This document shows positions 11,138 to 21,236 of a DNA stretch of 64,000 bases, in pieces (within the stretch, counting starts at the first letter, position 1; each line of letters opens with the position of its first letter). Below the pieces are notes generated by a model. It saw nothing but the letters and a program-made list of their open reading frames with translations, had not been told where the DNA came from and ran no database searches. Made by a program: the position numbers and the translations under genes. Source of the DNA: Monocercomonoides exilis PA203 (taxonomy: Eukaryota > Protista > Preaxostyla); assembly GCA_001643675.2 (NCBI GenBank), contig LSRY02000002.1, positions 558,001 to 622,000 of the forward strand. Reading direction: 5' to 3'.

Positions 11138-13027
11138 TCAGTCAATAAGTCCAGTCATATCGAGATCAGCTTTTAATCCTCCTCCGCCTTTTGCAAGGTC
11201 GATATGTTGCTGTGCAAAAATAATGTTTTTCTTTCCGTTTGCCACGACGTGAATGGCAATCTTCACATCAACATTCGAATGACCTACACGAGTGACTTCA
11301 AAAGGCTCAGAGTCCAATGTGATTGTGGAGAGAGAGAAGGAAGACGGAGGAAGAGTGAATACAACACGCTCAATGAAAGAAGAGAGAGGAGGAGGACACG
11401 CTGTGGGTGGGCAGATGGTGGAAGGAGGGGAGATCAGAGGAGAAGAGGAATAAGAAGAGGAAGGCTGAGAAGAAGAGGAAGCAGATGCTGATGTGGGAGG
11501 AGGTGGTCTGACATACACTGTCCATCGATATCTGAGGTAATTAAATTCAATAAATATTCAAAATACACAGAGAAAAGATGCAATATTATCGATATAAATG
11601 TTTAAATATGAAAAAATAATTGTTGAATTTTAAAAAAAGATCTCCAAAAAGTTAACTAAATCTATTTGCACAAAAAGACCACTTTCTTATTTGGCTCAGT
11701 TGCAAAAATAATTCTTTTTAAACATTTCCTCTTTCTCATTCAATCACACACCCATTTCCTTTCTTAAAGAGCCTCTTGTCCTGTTCAGGCAGTTCTTCCA
11801 CCTCGTGTCCAATGGCCACAGCTTTTGACAGAACATATTGAGGAATTCGGCACTGAAGCTTGTCACACAGCGCATGCAACACAGCGTCGCAACGGCTGCT
11901 CTGAATTGAAATGTCACAAAGAGCCTCGAGGGTGGTTCTAACATTGAAGAATTGTTGGAAACAATGATAAGTTTAATGTTTATGTGAATTGAGAATTGAT
12001 CACAAATATTTGGAAAAGAGAAAATTTGGTGAAAAAAAGAAAAAATATTAAAAGAAAAAGAGAAATAGACATGAAAAAGAAAAAATAAATATAACAACAA
12101 TCTTAATTATCATGAATACAAACTTATGCGATGATATTATAATTATTTTTGCTTTGTTTTGCTTTGCTAACACAGGAAGTTCAATGATTGGAGATTGTGC
12201 TAGGCTTGATCCAACACAAAAGAATACGTCACACTATTTAATTTATGCGAGCAAATTTAAAAATACAACAACAAAAAAAATTCATTTTACTGAAAATATT
12301 TGATAATCACACTTCTTCGGCTATTTTCATAGCCTTTTGCATTTGCCTGCATTGTTCTCCATTGTGAACAAGCATATCTCGAAGAGGCTTTCCGCACATT
12401 TTCCCATCATCGCTTCCAGTTTCTTTTATTCGATTTGTACATACTCTACCTGTATTATGTGCATCAATAGGAGGTGGCACAGGAGCTGTCTTTGGATCAG
12501 AAATACTTGCAAGAGACATGCTTTGCGGATACTTTGGCAAAAACAACGATTGAGACTTCACAGATGTAACATCAAAATCCCTGCGATAATGAATATTGCA
12601 TAAGGGACAATATTCCTCAAAGCAGTTTCCAAAAAGTTCAATAACATTTTCCTGTGGGATTCCAGACCGCTGATGAAGACAATCAACAGTCGTTGTTAGA
12701 ACATTGCGAATAAGTTCTTTTAAAAACAATAATATTTCATTGTTAAATTGCTCAGTGAATTAAAAAAATTGAAACATGATATTTCAAACTTTTTCGATAA
12801 AGCTCGGATATTGCCATATACCCTGTCGTTGGAGCAGCTTGCTCGCGTAGAAGTGAAAGAGGTTTGATTGAGTGAGAAAAAATTGGATTTGTTTCTGTCG
12901 GAATTTCCATTTCAGGGAGCCCTGCACTCACTCCCATCCCAGACCCCGTGAATACAATCGCATTCTTTGCCTCTTTCAATAATTGTGCAATTTTATCAAT
13001 GTCACTTAAAGTTTTCTCGTCCAGCAT
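11138..13027 (-). CDS. SIRT6/7-like sirtuin domain (degenerate active site) fused to a C-terminal YEATS domain. Exons 13027-12790, 12716-12313, 12233-12124, 11937-11752, 11531-11138
   Basis: Sirtuin motifs: AIVFTGSG, PTTGYMAI, VDCLHQRSG, ELFGNCFEEYCPLC, TGRVC, CGKPLRD, CVGSSL. YEATS motifs: AIGHEV, YRWTVYVR, FIERVVFTL, EPFEVTRVG. All introns are GT-AG and in frame. Confidence 0.8.
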
Positions 13028-13450
13028 TTCACAGAAACTGAGAAAAGCACAACAAGAAATGAGTGTGATCCGAAAAGATCTTTTTTTTTATGAATTCATC
13101 AACAAATTCAATTTCGAGAAAAAAAAGGAATTATATCATTTTGAGCTAAGCAAATATTTAAAATTGAATTCATCAAAAAAGTTCGAAATCTGAAGCCATT
13201 ATTATATACATCAAAAGACTGGACTTTGTAACTCGCTTTTTTTGAATATACACAATTTTATACCAATTAAAATTGTATTGCACATTGTTTTTATAATTTC
13301 TTTTACCGAGCTTTTTGGATATTATCCCTTTGAATGTCTGTTTTTATTATAAAAATATCATTTTGTAATAGCGGCTGTCAAATTTCTTGCGTTTCTAAAA
13401 TACTTGTAAGATACTGCTAAATCCTTTGCATACTTGGTGATTAACTTGTT

Positions 13451-16400
13451 ATGACATCATACACAATGCAATCAGAAGATCCTTTTGGCGACGATGATGA
13501 TATTTTTGAAGATGCAGAAAGAAAGCATAAAGAGAAAAGACTTCAGTTAATGGAAGAGAGCAAAAAAGAAAAAGAGATTTTCATGCAGCGACGTGAAAGC
13601 CAGCCTTTGTTTGATTTGCAAACACAAGACAGTCCTAATAATAAATTTACACCATCAGGGTCGCCTATTCCTCAATCTCCAATGTATTTACTAAATTCAA
13701 ATGTAAATTTTAAAAGCGAATTGCCTTCTCCATCGTTTGGTCCACGACAAACAAAGCCTTTACAACAAAATAGCCATCTTCTATTTTTTACAGATGAACC
13801 AATAAGTCCTTATTCGGCATTAAAAGTCGTCACTCAAGCAAATTCAATAACTCAACATAGAAGCATTTTTTTGTTTTTTATGCGGAAATGGTGGACAGAG
13901 CTTGATTTTATAAGAAATTTAAACAGACTTCTCGAAGGCAAAGCAATGGGAGAAGAAGAAGAACACGCAGTTCTGAAACGTAGTTGTACAGGCAAAAACA
14001 ACTTCATTAATCTTCCTTCATTAGTCGAAATCGAAGCATCAGATGATCGAAAGAAAAGGCAAAGCAACACGCTTGTTCTTCTGTCGCTTTGGTTAAAGAA
14101 TTTTTATCATTACACTCCCAACCAATCTGTACAGCAGTCAATTCATCACTTTCTGGATAAGCAAAGTTCAGCTCCCAAAGTGCGTCCAATATCTCCTTCT
14201 CAATCTCTCACACAGGCGCGTTTCCCTTCTTCCTCTCACGACGCCTCGCCTTCATATCAGCAATCATATTCACCGCCGCCTTCCAACATCTCCACCCCTT
14301 CCTCGCCTCTGTTCCGTGACCCTTCCAATTCACCTCCGCTGCTCACGCCGTCGGATGCTTCCAAGCCGCACATCGCTTCCAGCTGCGAAGAATCTCCGCC
14401 GGATGAGCTGCTCAAGCCAAGCTCGTTCTCATCCATCAGCTTTTCCCAGGAGGAGTCGACAGACGACTCAAGCGTCGTGCCTCCTCTCAAAATGAGCCTT
14501 TTGAAGGATTCTGGTTTGGATTCGCTGTTGAACACACCAAAAAGCGTGGAAGAGACAGTAGCTGCTCAGGTTGATTCGCCGATGAGTCAAACTGCAATGC
14601 AAAAGGAGATGACACCTGCATCTTCGTCATTTTCGACTTTTTCTTCATCTTCCTCAACAAATATAATTTCATCATCATCATCATCATCATATCCGACATA
14701 CCCACCTTCAACATCCTCTACCACATCACCTTTGTTTTCTCCCTCTTCATTCGACTCCTCCTCCTCATCCTCCTCCTCCTCTTTCACCTCCTCTGTTCCG
14801 TCAACATCACCTCAGCACAACCGCCCGGTCTATCGCTCTTCCTCTGCCCCCAAAAAGCGCTCTGTCTCTCCTTTCCCCCAGTTCCACTCATCCTCCAACA
14901 CATCAGACGCCCTTAGACTGCCCCACACCGAGCTCGAAGACGCCATCTTTGCATTGCTTGACACTTTCGCCTCACTCTCACTTCCATCTTCGGTCATTGC
15001 GCAGTGCAAGAACCACCTCGAAGTGAAGCGGCAGCAGTGGATCACGTGGGACATGAAGTATAACAGGAGAATAGAGTCAGACATGGACACAGCTCAGAAT
15101 GCACTGCCTGCTAATATTCCATCTGGCTCTTCTAATTCAACATCTTCCTCCTCCAAAGAAGAGCCACAAAAATTGGACTCTTCCTCTTCTTCAATTGCTG
15201 ACGAGCCTTCTTCCGACGTACCCTTCCGGCAGATCAAGCTGGCACTGATGCCTCAGCTGAGCCAGCCTCCCTCGCGCTTCATCCGCCACGAGTGGTTCCC
15301 CTTCAAAAGCCCCAGCGCCTTCTCCATCGTCTCCTTCGCCCACAACCTGACACAAGTCGAGTCTGACCTCTTTTCTCGCCTGGGGCTGTCTGAATTCGAA
15401 TCCTTCAACTGGACAAAGAAACCCCCCTTGCCCCATCTCTTAGCACCCACAATTGCACAGCTCACACAGCTCTCCCAGGACATCACGCGCTTCGTGCCAG
15501 CCTCCATCCTCTCGTTCAACAAGGCGTCGCAGCGGGCGGAGTGCATTGAGGCGTTCATCGGCGCGGTGAAGCGGCTGTGCCACCAGCACAACTTTCACGG
15601 CGCCTATGAAGTGACGCTGGGGCTCTTTGACCGGTCTGTCATGCGCCTCAGCGACACCCTGGCGCATTTGACGAAGTCGAAGCGCGATTGGATCGCAAAG
15701 ACACAGAGGAGCTTTCCGCGGGTGGACTTCATCGACGAGAAGGAGAAGAAGGATAAAGAAAAACACATCGGGTACATCTTCTCCCTCTCCCGCTTCCTCG
15801 TCAGCCTCGTGCACAAGACAGAGAAGATCCAGTTCACCACGAAGATGTCCTTCACACTGGGGCCTGCCCTGCCTTCACAGCCTTCACAGCCTTCACAGCC
15901 TTCACAGCCTTCTCAACCATCATTGCCAAAATTGCCAACACTCGATGATCAATCAAAGGAAACAGAAGCACCTTCGGTGCTGAGCGATGCCTCAGCTGCA
16001 GAACAGACAGGATTAATGCAAACAGAGACAAAAGTGGATACATCTTCGTCTGTGTTGACAGAAAAAGAAAGGCAAGAAACAGGAGAACAGCGTTCAACCT
16101 CTTCAACAGCTTCAGTCAATCAGAAAGAAGAAGAAGAAGAAGTTAACATGGCTATTCTTCCAAGAGAAGCAACAGAAGCTGAGCTGTCCGACGACACAGT
16201 GATCACCTACACCCAGAAGATGATCAATCCGAAGGCCTGTTCTTTCTTCTACTTTCTCATCAACGACTACATTCTGAATGTGCAGAGTATTCCTTCTTTG
16301 CCCCCGCTCCCTGTGACCGACCACCCGTTTCCTGTCGACTTTGCCTCGTCGGGCTTTCCGAAGCTGCTTCCAACAGAAGACGAGCTGATGGAGCGCTCGC

Positions 16401-19400
16401 GCCAGTTGGAACATGCTGCGCAGCCAAAAACAGCTTCTCCTTCGCCTTCGCCATCGTTGCCTGTTGTCAGCCCGAATACGGGTTCTGGTTCTAATTCATC
16501 AGCATCATCGTCATCGTCATCATCTGCGTCTGCATCTTCTTCTTCTTCCTCCTCTTCTTCTGTTTCAACAGCTGTTTCTGAAGCTGTTACTTCATCATCA
16601 TCGTCTTCTGCTAATTCTGCTTCTCCTTCTGTTGTCTTTGCTGGTCCTGCAACAGAACAGCAGACATCACTATCTTCTTCTCCTGCTCCTTCACCATTAA
16701 CATCATCTTCCTTCTTAACAACAACAACAACGAATTCTTCTTCTACTTCTACGTCTTCAAAACCTGATAACGTTTCTCCTTATATCTCTTCAAAAGACGA
16801 ACCAAAAGCATCATCATCATCTTCTTCTTCTTCATCCTCTTCTTCTTCCTCTTCCCAGCCCTTGAATCTGATAGTAAAGCAGCTGACATCCGTAGATCGC
16901 ATCCAATCTCCTTCCACATCTTCCTTCGGCAGCAGCCCTTTTTCTCCTTCTTCCTCTCCTTTTCTCGTCCCTGCAACGTCGCCCATTCCACAAGCAGTGC
17001 TGTTCTCTACTCAATCTCCTCAGCTGCTTCTGCCTGCTGCTAACACAGCTGTGCCTCAAATTACTGGACATTCATCAGATACAACTGGAACTTCACTCCC
17101 TTCTTCTTCTTCTTCCTCTTTCTCCTCCTCAACTTCATTTTCTCCTTCTCAAGTTCCTCTCATCCTTCGCGAGCGGCCTTCCACTTTCTCTCCCTTTGCT
17201 GAGAGCGTCTCCCTCCCTCCGCCTTCTCCAACAGCCAGACAAGACACAACTTTCCCTTTTTCTTCTCCATCTTCTCCTTCTTCTCTGCAGTCAAAGGCTT
17301 CTGATACTTCCATTTCTTTGATTGATGATCCATCTTATTCTTCTTCTCCTTTTCCTTCTTCTTCCTCCTCCTCTTCCTCCTCCTCTTCTTCTTCACAGGA
17401 GCAGGCAAAGTTAGAGGAAATGCCTTTGTTAACAGCTCCGCTTAAGCTTCCTCCAAAAGAGAATGTTTGTTCAGAGCAGGGAACAACTGTGGGGGATGGA
17501 CAAAATATGAATATGAATATGAATATGAATGCAAACAATGGAGTGAATGACAATTCCAATGTCTTCGTCAATCAGAACATGAATACGAATACAAACATGA
17601 GTATGAACATGAATATTAACACAAATGCCAATCCAAATCCAGTTCAGCCTCAGAGGAACTCATCACTGCACGACAAACCTGATCAGCCAATGAACAACTC
17701 CTCTTCAGACAATATTTCTTCTGCAAAGGAGGCTTCATCATCATCATCATCATCTTCTTCTTCATCTTCTTCTTCTATTCTGAATGTTTCTGTTCCTCTC
17801 AACAAAACCATCAGAGAAAACGAGCAATTAACCAGAAAAAGCCCCTCTGTCTTCTCTCAGCCGCCTTCTGGATACATTTACAGGCAAACTGCTCAATCTT
17901 CAGTGGATTTCCAACAAAGCAGCGATTTTGGCTATTCTGTGAAGCAGATGCAGGCAAACGCGATTGTGGAGGCGTTGCTGGACGGATGGAAAGGAAAGGA
18001 ATTTAAAGAAATAAGAAGAGAAAGATGCAAATTTGATGGGAAAATTGATCTGAAAGGGAGTGATAACAATGATTCAAGAGAAAAAGAAAACAGAAATGAC
18101 TCTTTAAACAATGAGAATCCAGAAAGTTGTGCTTCAGAGTGTTCTTCTTCAGAATGCGAAAAAGAATCAGAATCAGACAAGACATCATTGTCATCATCAT
18201 CATCATCATCTTCTTCTTCCTCCTCTTCAACTCCTTCTTCTGCTAATTCACAAACACCTTCAGATATTCTTCTGCATTCACAAGAGATTGCTCTATCACC
18301 CCCCTCTGACAACACACAGAAATCAACAGAAACTGAACATAAAATGGAGCAAGTCCATTTGAAGATCCAAGACATTAGTTTAACTCCAAACCCACTTCAT
18401 ACTTTCATCCAAGCACAAAACCAGACAAAGTCAAAATCCAGTTCTTTCTCACCACTTCTGACAACTCCAGCAAGCGATCCATTAAACACAGAATTCGAAC
18501 AGAAAAGCACAGAAACCGCTGATTCTAAGCAGACTTTGCGTTTACCCCAAACTTCATCTGAAGCAGCTGACAACAGCAAGTTTCGCCCGAGAGCAGCCAC
18601 ATGTGCTGAGTCCTCTGCCTTCTGGCGACACAACAGCTGCGACTCTGCCATTCCATCTACATCTCCTTCTTCCTCCTCTTTCTCTTCTCCTTCTGTTACT
18701 TCATCTTCCTCTTCTTCCTCTTCTTCCTCCTCTGCTTCTCTCTTTCCCTCTTCCACCACACCCCACATTCCCCTGCCCATTCTCCCTCGCATCCAGATCC
18801 CTCCTCCTCTCACTTGCCACTTGCCTTTGAGTGCCACCTTCGTCACAGACTTCTCCTGCACTTCTTGTTCCCTCGCTTTTCTTCTTCCCAGCCAACTTCA
18901 GTTCAAATCTCAGGTTTCTAATGTATCACAGGCTTCTGCTCTGCTTTCTGCAAAACCACAAGCTTTGAGCACTTCAGCATCAAAACCACCAGCAGCTGCA
19001 GCCAATGAAACATCAGGCTCTGCTTCTGTTTCTGCTTCTTCTGCCTCCTCTTCCTCTCCTTCTCCTCCTCTGCCTTCTTATTCTGAATCAACAGCCAAGT
19101 CACGTCTGCTCTCTGCACCTCTTTCTTTCTTCGATTCTCCCTTTTCTTCAGTCGCTCTCTCCACTTTCTTCGTTGTCCTCTGCAAGTCCAGCACTTCCTT
19201 CGATTCTCGCTCTCCCTTTGAACAAACTCCCTTCTTTCCGATAAGACAGGCAAATAACATGAATACTAACACGAACAGTAAAACTTCATCTTCTTCTCAA
19301 AGCAGCCAAACTCAGACTTCAACTCAGGCTAAGTCCACAAGCACAAACATCGTCGATAGAATCGCCAGGTTCTTTTCTTCATCTTCCACCTCGCAGGATT

Positions 19401-20359
19401 CCAGAAACAGAACACATTCGTTTTCTTCCTCCCAAACTTCTTCATCTTCATCTACCTCCTCTTCTTCTCCACGTAAACTTGCAGCAACTCCAGAAACAGC
19501 ACTTCGATATCCAACTCCTGCTTCGTATTTTACAACCCCCCGGTCAGCTCCTTTGCCTCCTCAGTCAAGAAATCTTCTAGCGCCTTCTCCTCCAAAACGA
19601 TATCCTTCGTGCATTTCTTGTTCTCCACCTGCAATTGCGGCGAAGAGATCCAACATTCAGAGCCAGATATCTTGTTCTGCACAGCCTTCTGTGAATGCAC
19701 TTTCATCGTCATCGTCGTCATCATCATCATCGCCTTCTTCTTATTCTTCTTCGTTTTCTTCTTCTTCTTCTTCTTCTTATTTTCCTTCTTTTCCATCACA
19801 ACAACAACAGAAACATTCATCTCCACATCGTGCTCTTCTTCCTGCTTCCTTCACCCGAAATCTGCAATCGCTGGATCTTCACCGAAACTCCATTCCAGTT
19901 CTGTCTCTTTTGGCAACACCGCCTTGTTTTCAGCTGCTGACAGGGAATTCTTCACACACATTTGCCATTCCGCCTAAGCAGTGCAATCGCAAACACTCAG
20001 TTTTCACTTCTTTTGAAGCTGATAAGAAGAAGACGAAGAAGAAGGAGGAGGAGGAGTTAACTTTAGATAAATCAATGGATAAATCAGAGGAAAAAGAAGT
20101 TATATTAAAAGAAGCCAAAAATGACTCGTCTTCTGGTTTTTCCAATGGCTCTGAACAAACACAGCCTAAAAAAAGGATTCACAGACGGAGTTTGTCATTC
20201 CCGTCAGTAACAATTTCTTCTCATCTGCTTTTGAAGTCATTTGGCGAGCCTTCTTGTTTGAGCATCCTTTCAAACAAGACACAGCCGCTTCCGCTCAAGC
20301 AAACAATGTTTTCTGCGGTTTCTTGTTCGAGAAGCGAATGCCAAATGCCAAAAAGCTAA
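13451..20359 (+). CDS. RasGEF (REM + CDC25 domain) protein, 2302 aa, mostly Ser/Pro low complexity
   Basis: CDC25 motifs FAHNLTQVESDLFSRL...APTIAQLTQLSQDITRFV...QRAECIEAFI...HNFHGAYEVTLGL...VMRLSDT, plus REM-like LLSLWLKNFY. Confidence 0.85.
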   Translation: MTSYTMQSEDPFGDDDDIFEDAERKHKEKRLQLMEESKKEKEIFMQRRESQPLFDLQTQDSPNNKFTPSGSPIPQSPMYLLNSNVNFKSELPSPSFGPRQTKPLQQNSHLLFFTDEPISPYSALKVVTQANSITQHRSIFLFFMRKWWTELDFIRNLNRLLEGKAMGEEEEHAVLKRSCTGKNNFINLPSLVEIEASDDRKKRQSNTLVLLSLWLKNFYHYTPNQSVQQSIHHFLDKQSSAPKVRPISPSQSLTQARFPSSSHDASPSYQQSYSPPPSNISTPSSPLFRDPSNSPPLLTPSDASKPHIASSCEESPPDELLKPSSFSSISFSQEESTDDSSVVPPLKMSLLKDSGLDSLLNTPKSVEETVAAQVDSPMSQTAMQKEMTPASSSFSTFSSSSSTNIISSSSSSSYPTYPPSTSSTTSPLFSPSSFDSSSSSSSSSFTSSVPSTSPQHNRPVYRSSSAPKKRSVSPFPQFHSSSNTSDALRLPHTELEDAIFALLDTFASLSLPSSVIAQCKNHLEVKRQQWITWDMKYNRRIESDMDTAQNALPANIPSGSSNSTSSSSKEEPQKLDSSSSSIADEPSSDVPFRQIKLALMPQLSQPPSRFIRHEWFPFKSPSAFSIVSFAHNLTQVESDLFSRLGLSEFESFNWTKKPPLPHLLAPTIAQLTQLSQDITRFVPASILSFNKASQRAECIEAFIGAVKRLCHQHNFHGAYEVTLGLFDRSVMRLSDTLAHLTKSKRDWIAKTQRSFPRVDFIDEKEKKDKEKHIGYIFSLSRFLVSLVHKTEKIQFTTKMSFTLGPALPSQPSQPSQPSQPSQPSLPKLPTLDDQSKETEAPSVLSDASAAEQTGLMQTETKVDTSSSVLTEKERQETGEQRSTSSTASVNQKEEEEEVNMAILPREATEAELSDDTVITYTQKMINPKACSFFYFLINDYILNVQSIPSLPPLPVTDHPFPVDFASSGFPKLLPTEDELMERSRQLEHAAQPKTASPSPSPSLPVVSPNTGSGSNSSASSSSSSSASASSSSSSSSSVSTAVSEAVTSSSSSSANSASPSVVFAGPATEQQTSLSSSPAPSPLTSSSFLTTTTTNSSSTSTSSKPDNVSPYISSKDEPKASSSSSSSSSSSSSSSQPLNLIVKQLTSVDRIQSPSTSSFGSSPFSPSSSPFLVPATSPIPQAVLFSTQSPQLLLPAANTAVPQITGHSSDTTGTSLPSSSSSSFSSSTSFSPSQVPLILRERPSTFSPFAESVSLPPPSPTARQDTTFPFSSPSSPSSLQSKASDTSISLIDDPSYSSSPFPSSSSSSSSSSSSSQEQAKLEEMPLLTAPLKLPPKENVCSEQGTTVGDGQNMNMNMNMNANNGVNDNSNVFVNQNMNTNTNMSMNMNINTNANPNPVQPQRNSSLHDKPDQPMNNSSSDNISSAKEASSSSSSSSSSSSSSILNVSVPLNKTIRENEQLTRKSPSVFSQPPSGYIYRQTAQSSVDFQQSSDFGYSVKQMQANAIVEALLDGWKGKEFKEIRRERCKFDGKIDLKGSDNNDSREKENRNDSLNNENPESCASECSSSECEKESESDKTSLSSSSSSSSSSSSSTPSSANSQTPSDILLHSQEIALSPPSDNTQKSTETEHKMEQVHLKIQDISLTPNPLHTFIQAQNQTKSKSSSFSPLLTTPASDPLNTEFEQKSTETADSKQTLRLPQTSSEAADNSKFRPRAATCAESSAFWRHNSCDSAIPSTSPSSSSFSSPSVTSSSSSSSSSSSASLFPSSTTPHIPLPILPRIQIPPPLTCHLPLSATFVTDFSCTSCSLAFLLPSQLQFKSQVSNVSQASALLSAKPQALSTSASKPPAAAANETSGSASVSASSASSSSPSPPLPSYSESTAKSRLLSAPLSFFDSPFSSVALSTFFVVLCKSSTSFDSRSPFEQTPFFPIRQANNMNTNTNSKTSSSSQSSQTQTSTQAKSTSTNIVDRIARFFSSSSTSQDSRNRTHSFSSSQTSSSSSTSSSSPRKLAATPETALRYPTPASYFTTPRSAPLPPQSRNLLAPSPPKRYPSCISCSPPAIAAKRSNIQSQISCSAQPSVNALSSSSSSSSSSPSSYSSSFSSSSSSSYFPSFPSQQQQKHSSPHRALLPASFTRNLQSLDLHRNSIPVLSLLATPPCFQLLTGNSSHTFAIPPKQCNRKHSVFTSFEADKKKTKKKEEEELTLDKSMDKSEEKEVILKEAKNDSSSGFSNGSEQTQPKKRIHRRSLSFPSVTISSHLLLKSFGEPSCLSILSNKTQPLPLKQTMFSAVSCSRSECQMPKS
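15872..15918 (+). repeat. 9-bp coding tandem repeat (ccttcacag)n encoding (PSQ)5
   Basis: Directly visible within the RasGEF ORF. Confidence 0.85.
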
Positions 20360-21236
20360 ACAAAATGAAATACTTTTGTCTTTTTATTCTTTCACAAATG
20401 GCTTTTCAATGAAAAATATTTCATATTGAAGCTTTTTTTTAAAGTTTTTTTGGGAAAAATTGCATCATCTCCCTTTTTGATTGTTTGAGCTGCAGATAAA
20501 TTTGTTAGTGGAAAATGCACTTGGAAATGAAAAATGCTTCCTTTCGATTTTAACACAAAATTGAGAGTCTTTATTTATTTGTTCTTTTTTCTCTTTTGTT
20601 TCACACGTTTTTCCTTTTCCTTTTCCTTTTTCCTTTTTCATTTTTTATTTTTCCTTTTTCATTTTTCCTTTGTTTATTATTTTTCAATTATTTTTGAGTG
20701 GAGCATGCTTTCAAATGCATCTATTGTAAGGGCACAAGTTATGCTTTTATTTTTCAATCTTTTATGAGTGTTAAGTGTGGAAGCACCATTCGCAGTTTCG
20801 TTGAATTCGGGGACCTTTCGATATTTGACCTGTCAAATGATACATTTTCTGTTGAATTTTCTTTGATTTTTTGGTTTGGATAACTTGTTTTGAAGATGTT
20901 TCTGTTCTTATGAAAGTTATGAAACAAGGAAAGATTCATAACTTCATTATAGTTTTTGGAAGGTTTTTTGACTTTACAACTTTTTTTTATAAAAAAAAAA
21001 AAGAAATAACATAAGTTGGGGCAAGACAGGTGACGTGTTGCTTAATCTCTGGTTAATCTAATAGAGCAAAACAGACGAAGTGGACCCTAAAAAGCTGATT
21101 GCTTTTGAAAGGGAGATGAAAAAAAGCAAAGTCAAAAGAAAAAGCAAAAGTCAAAGCAATAGAAAAGAATAGGAAAGAAAGCAACAAAATAATAATAAAA
21201 AATAATATATGTCAAAAAAAAAAATAGACAGTTACT

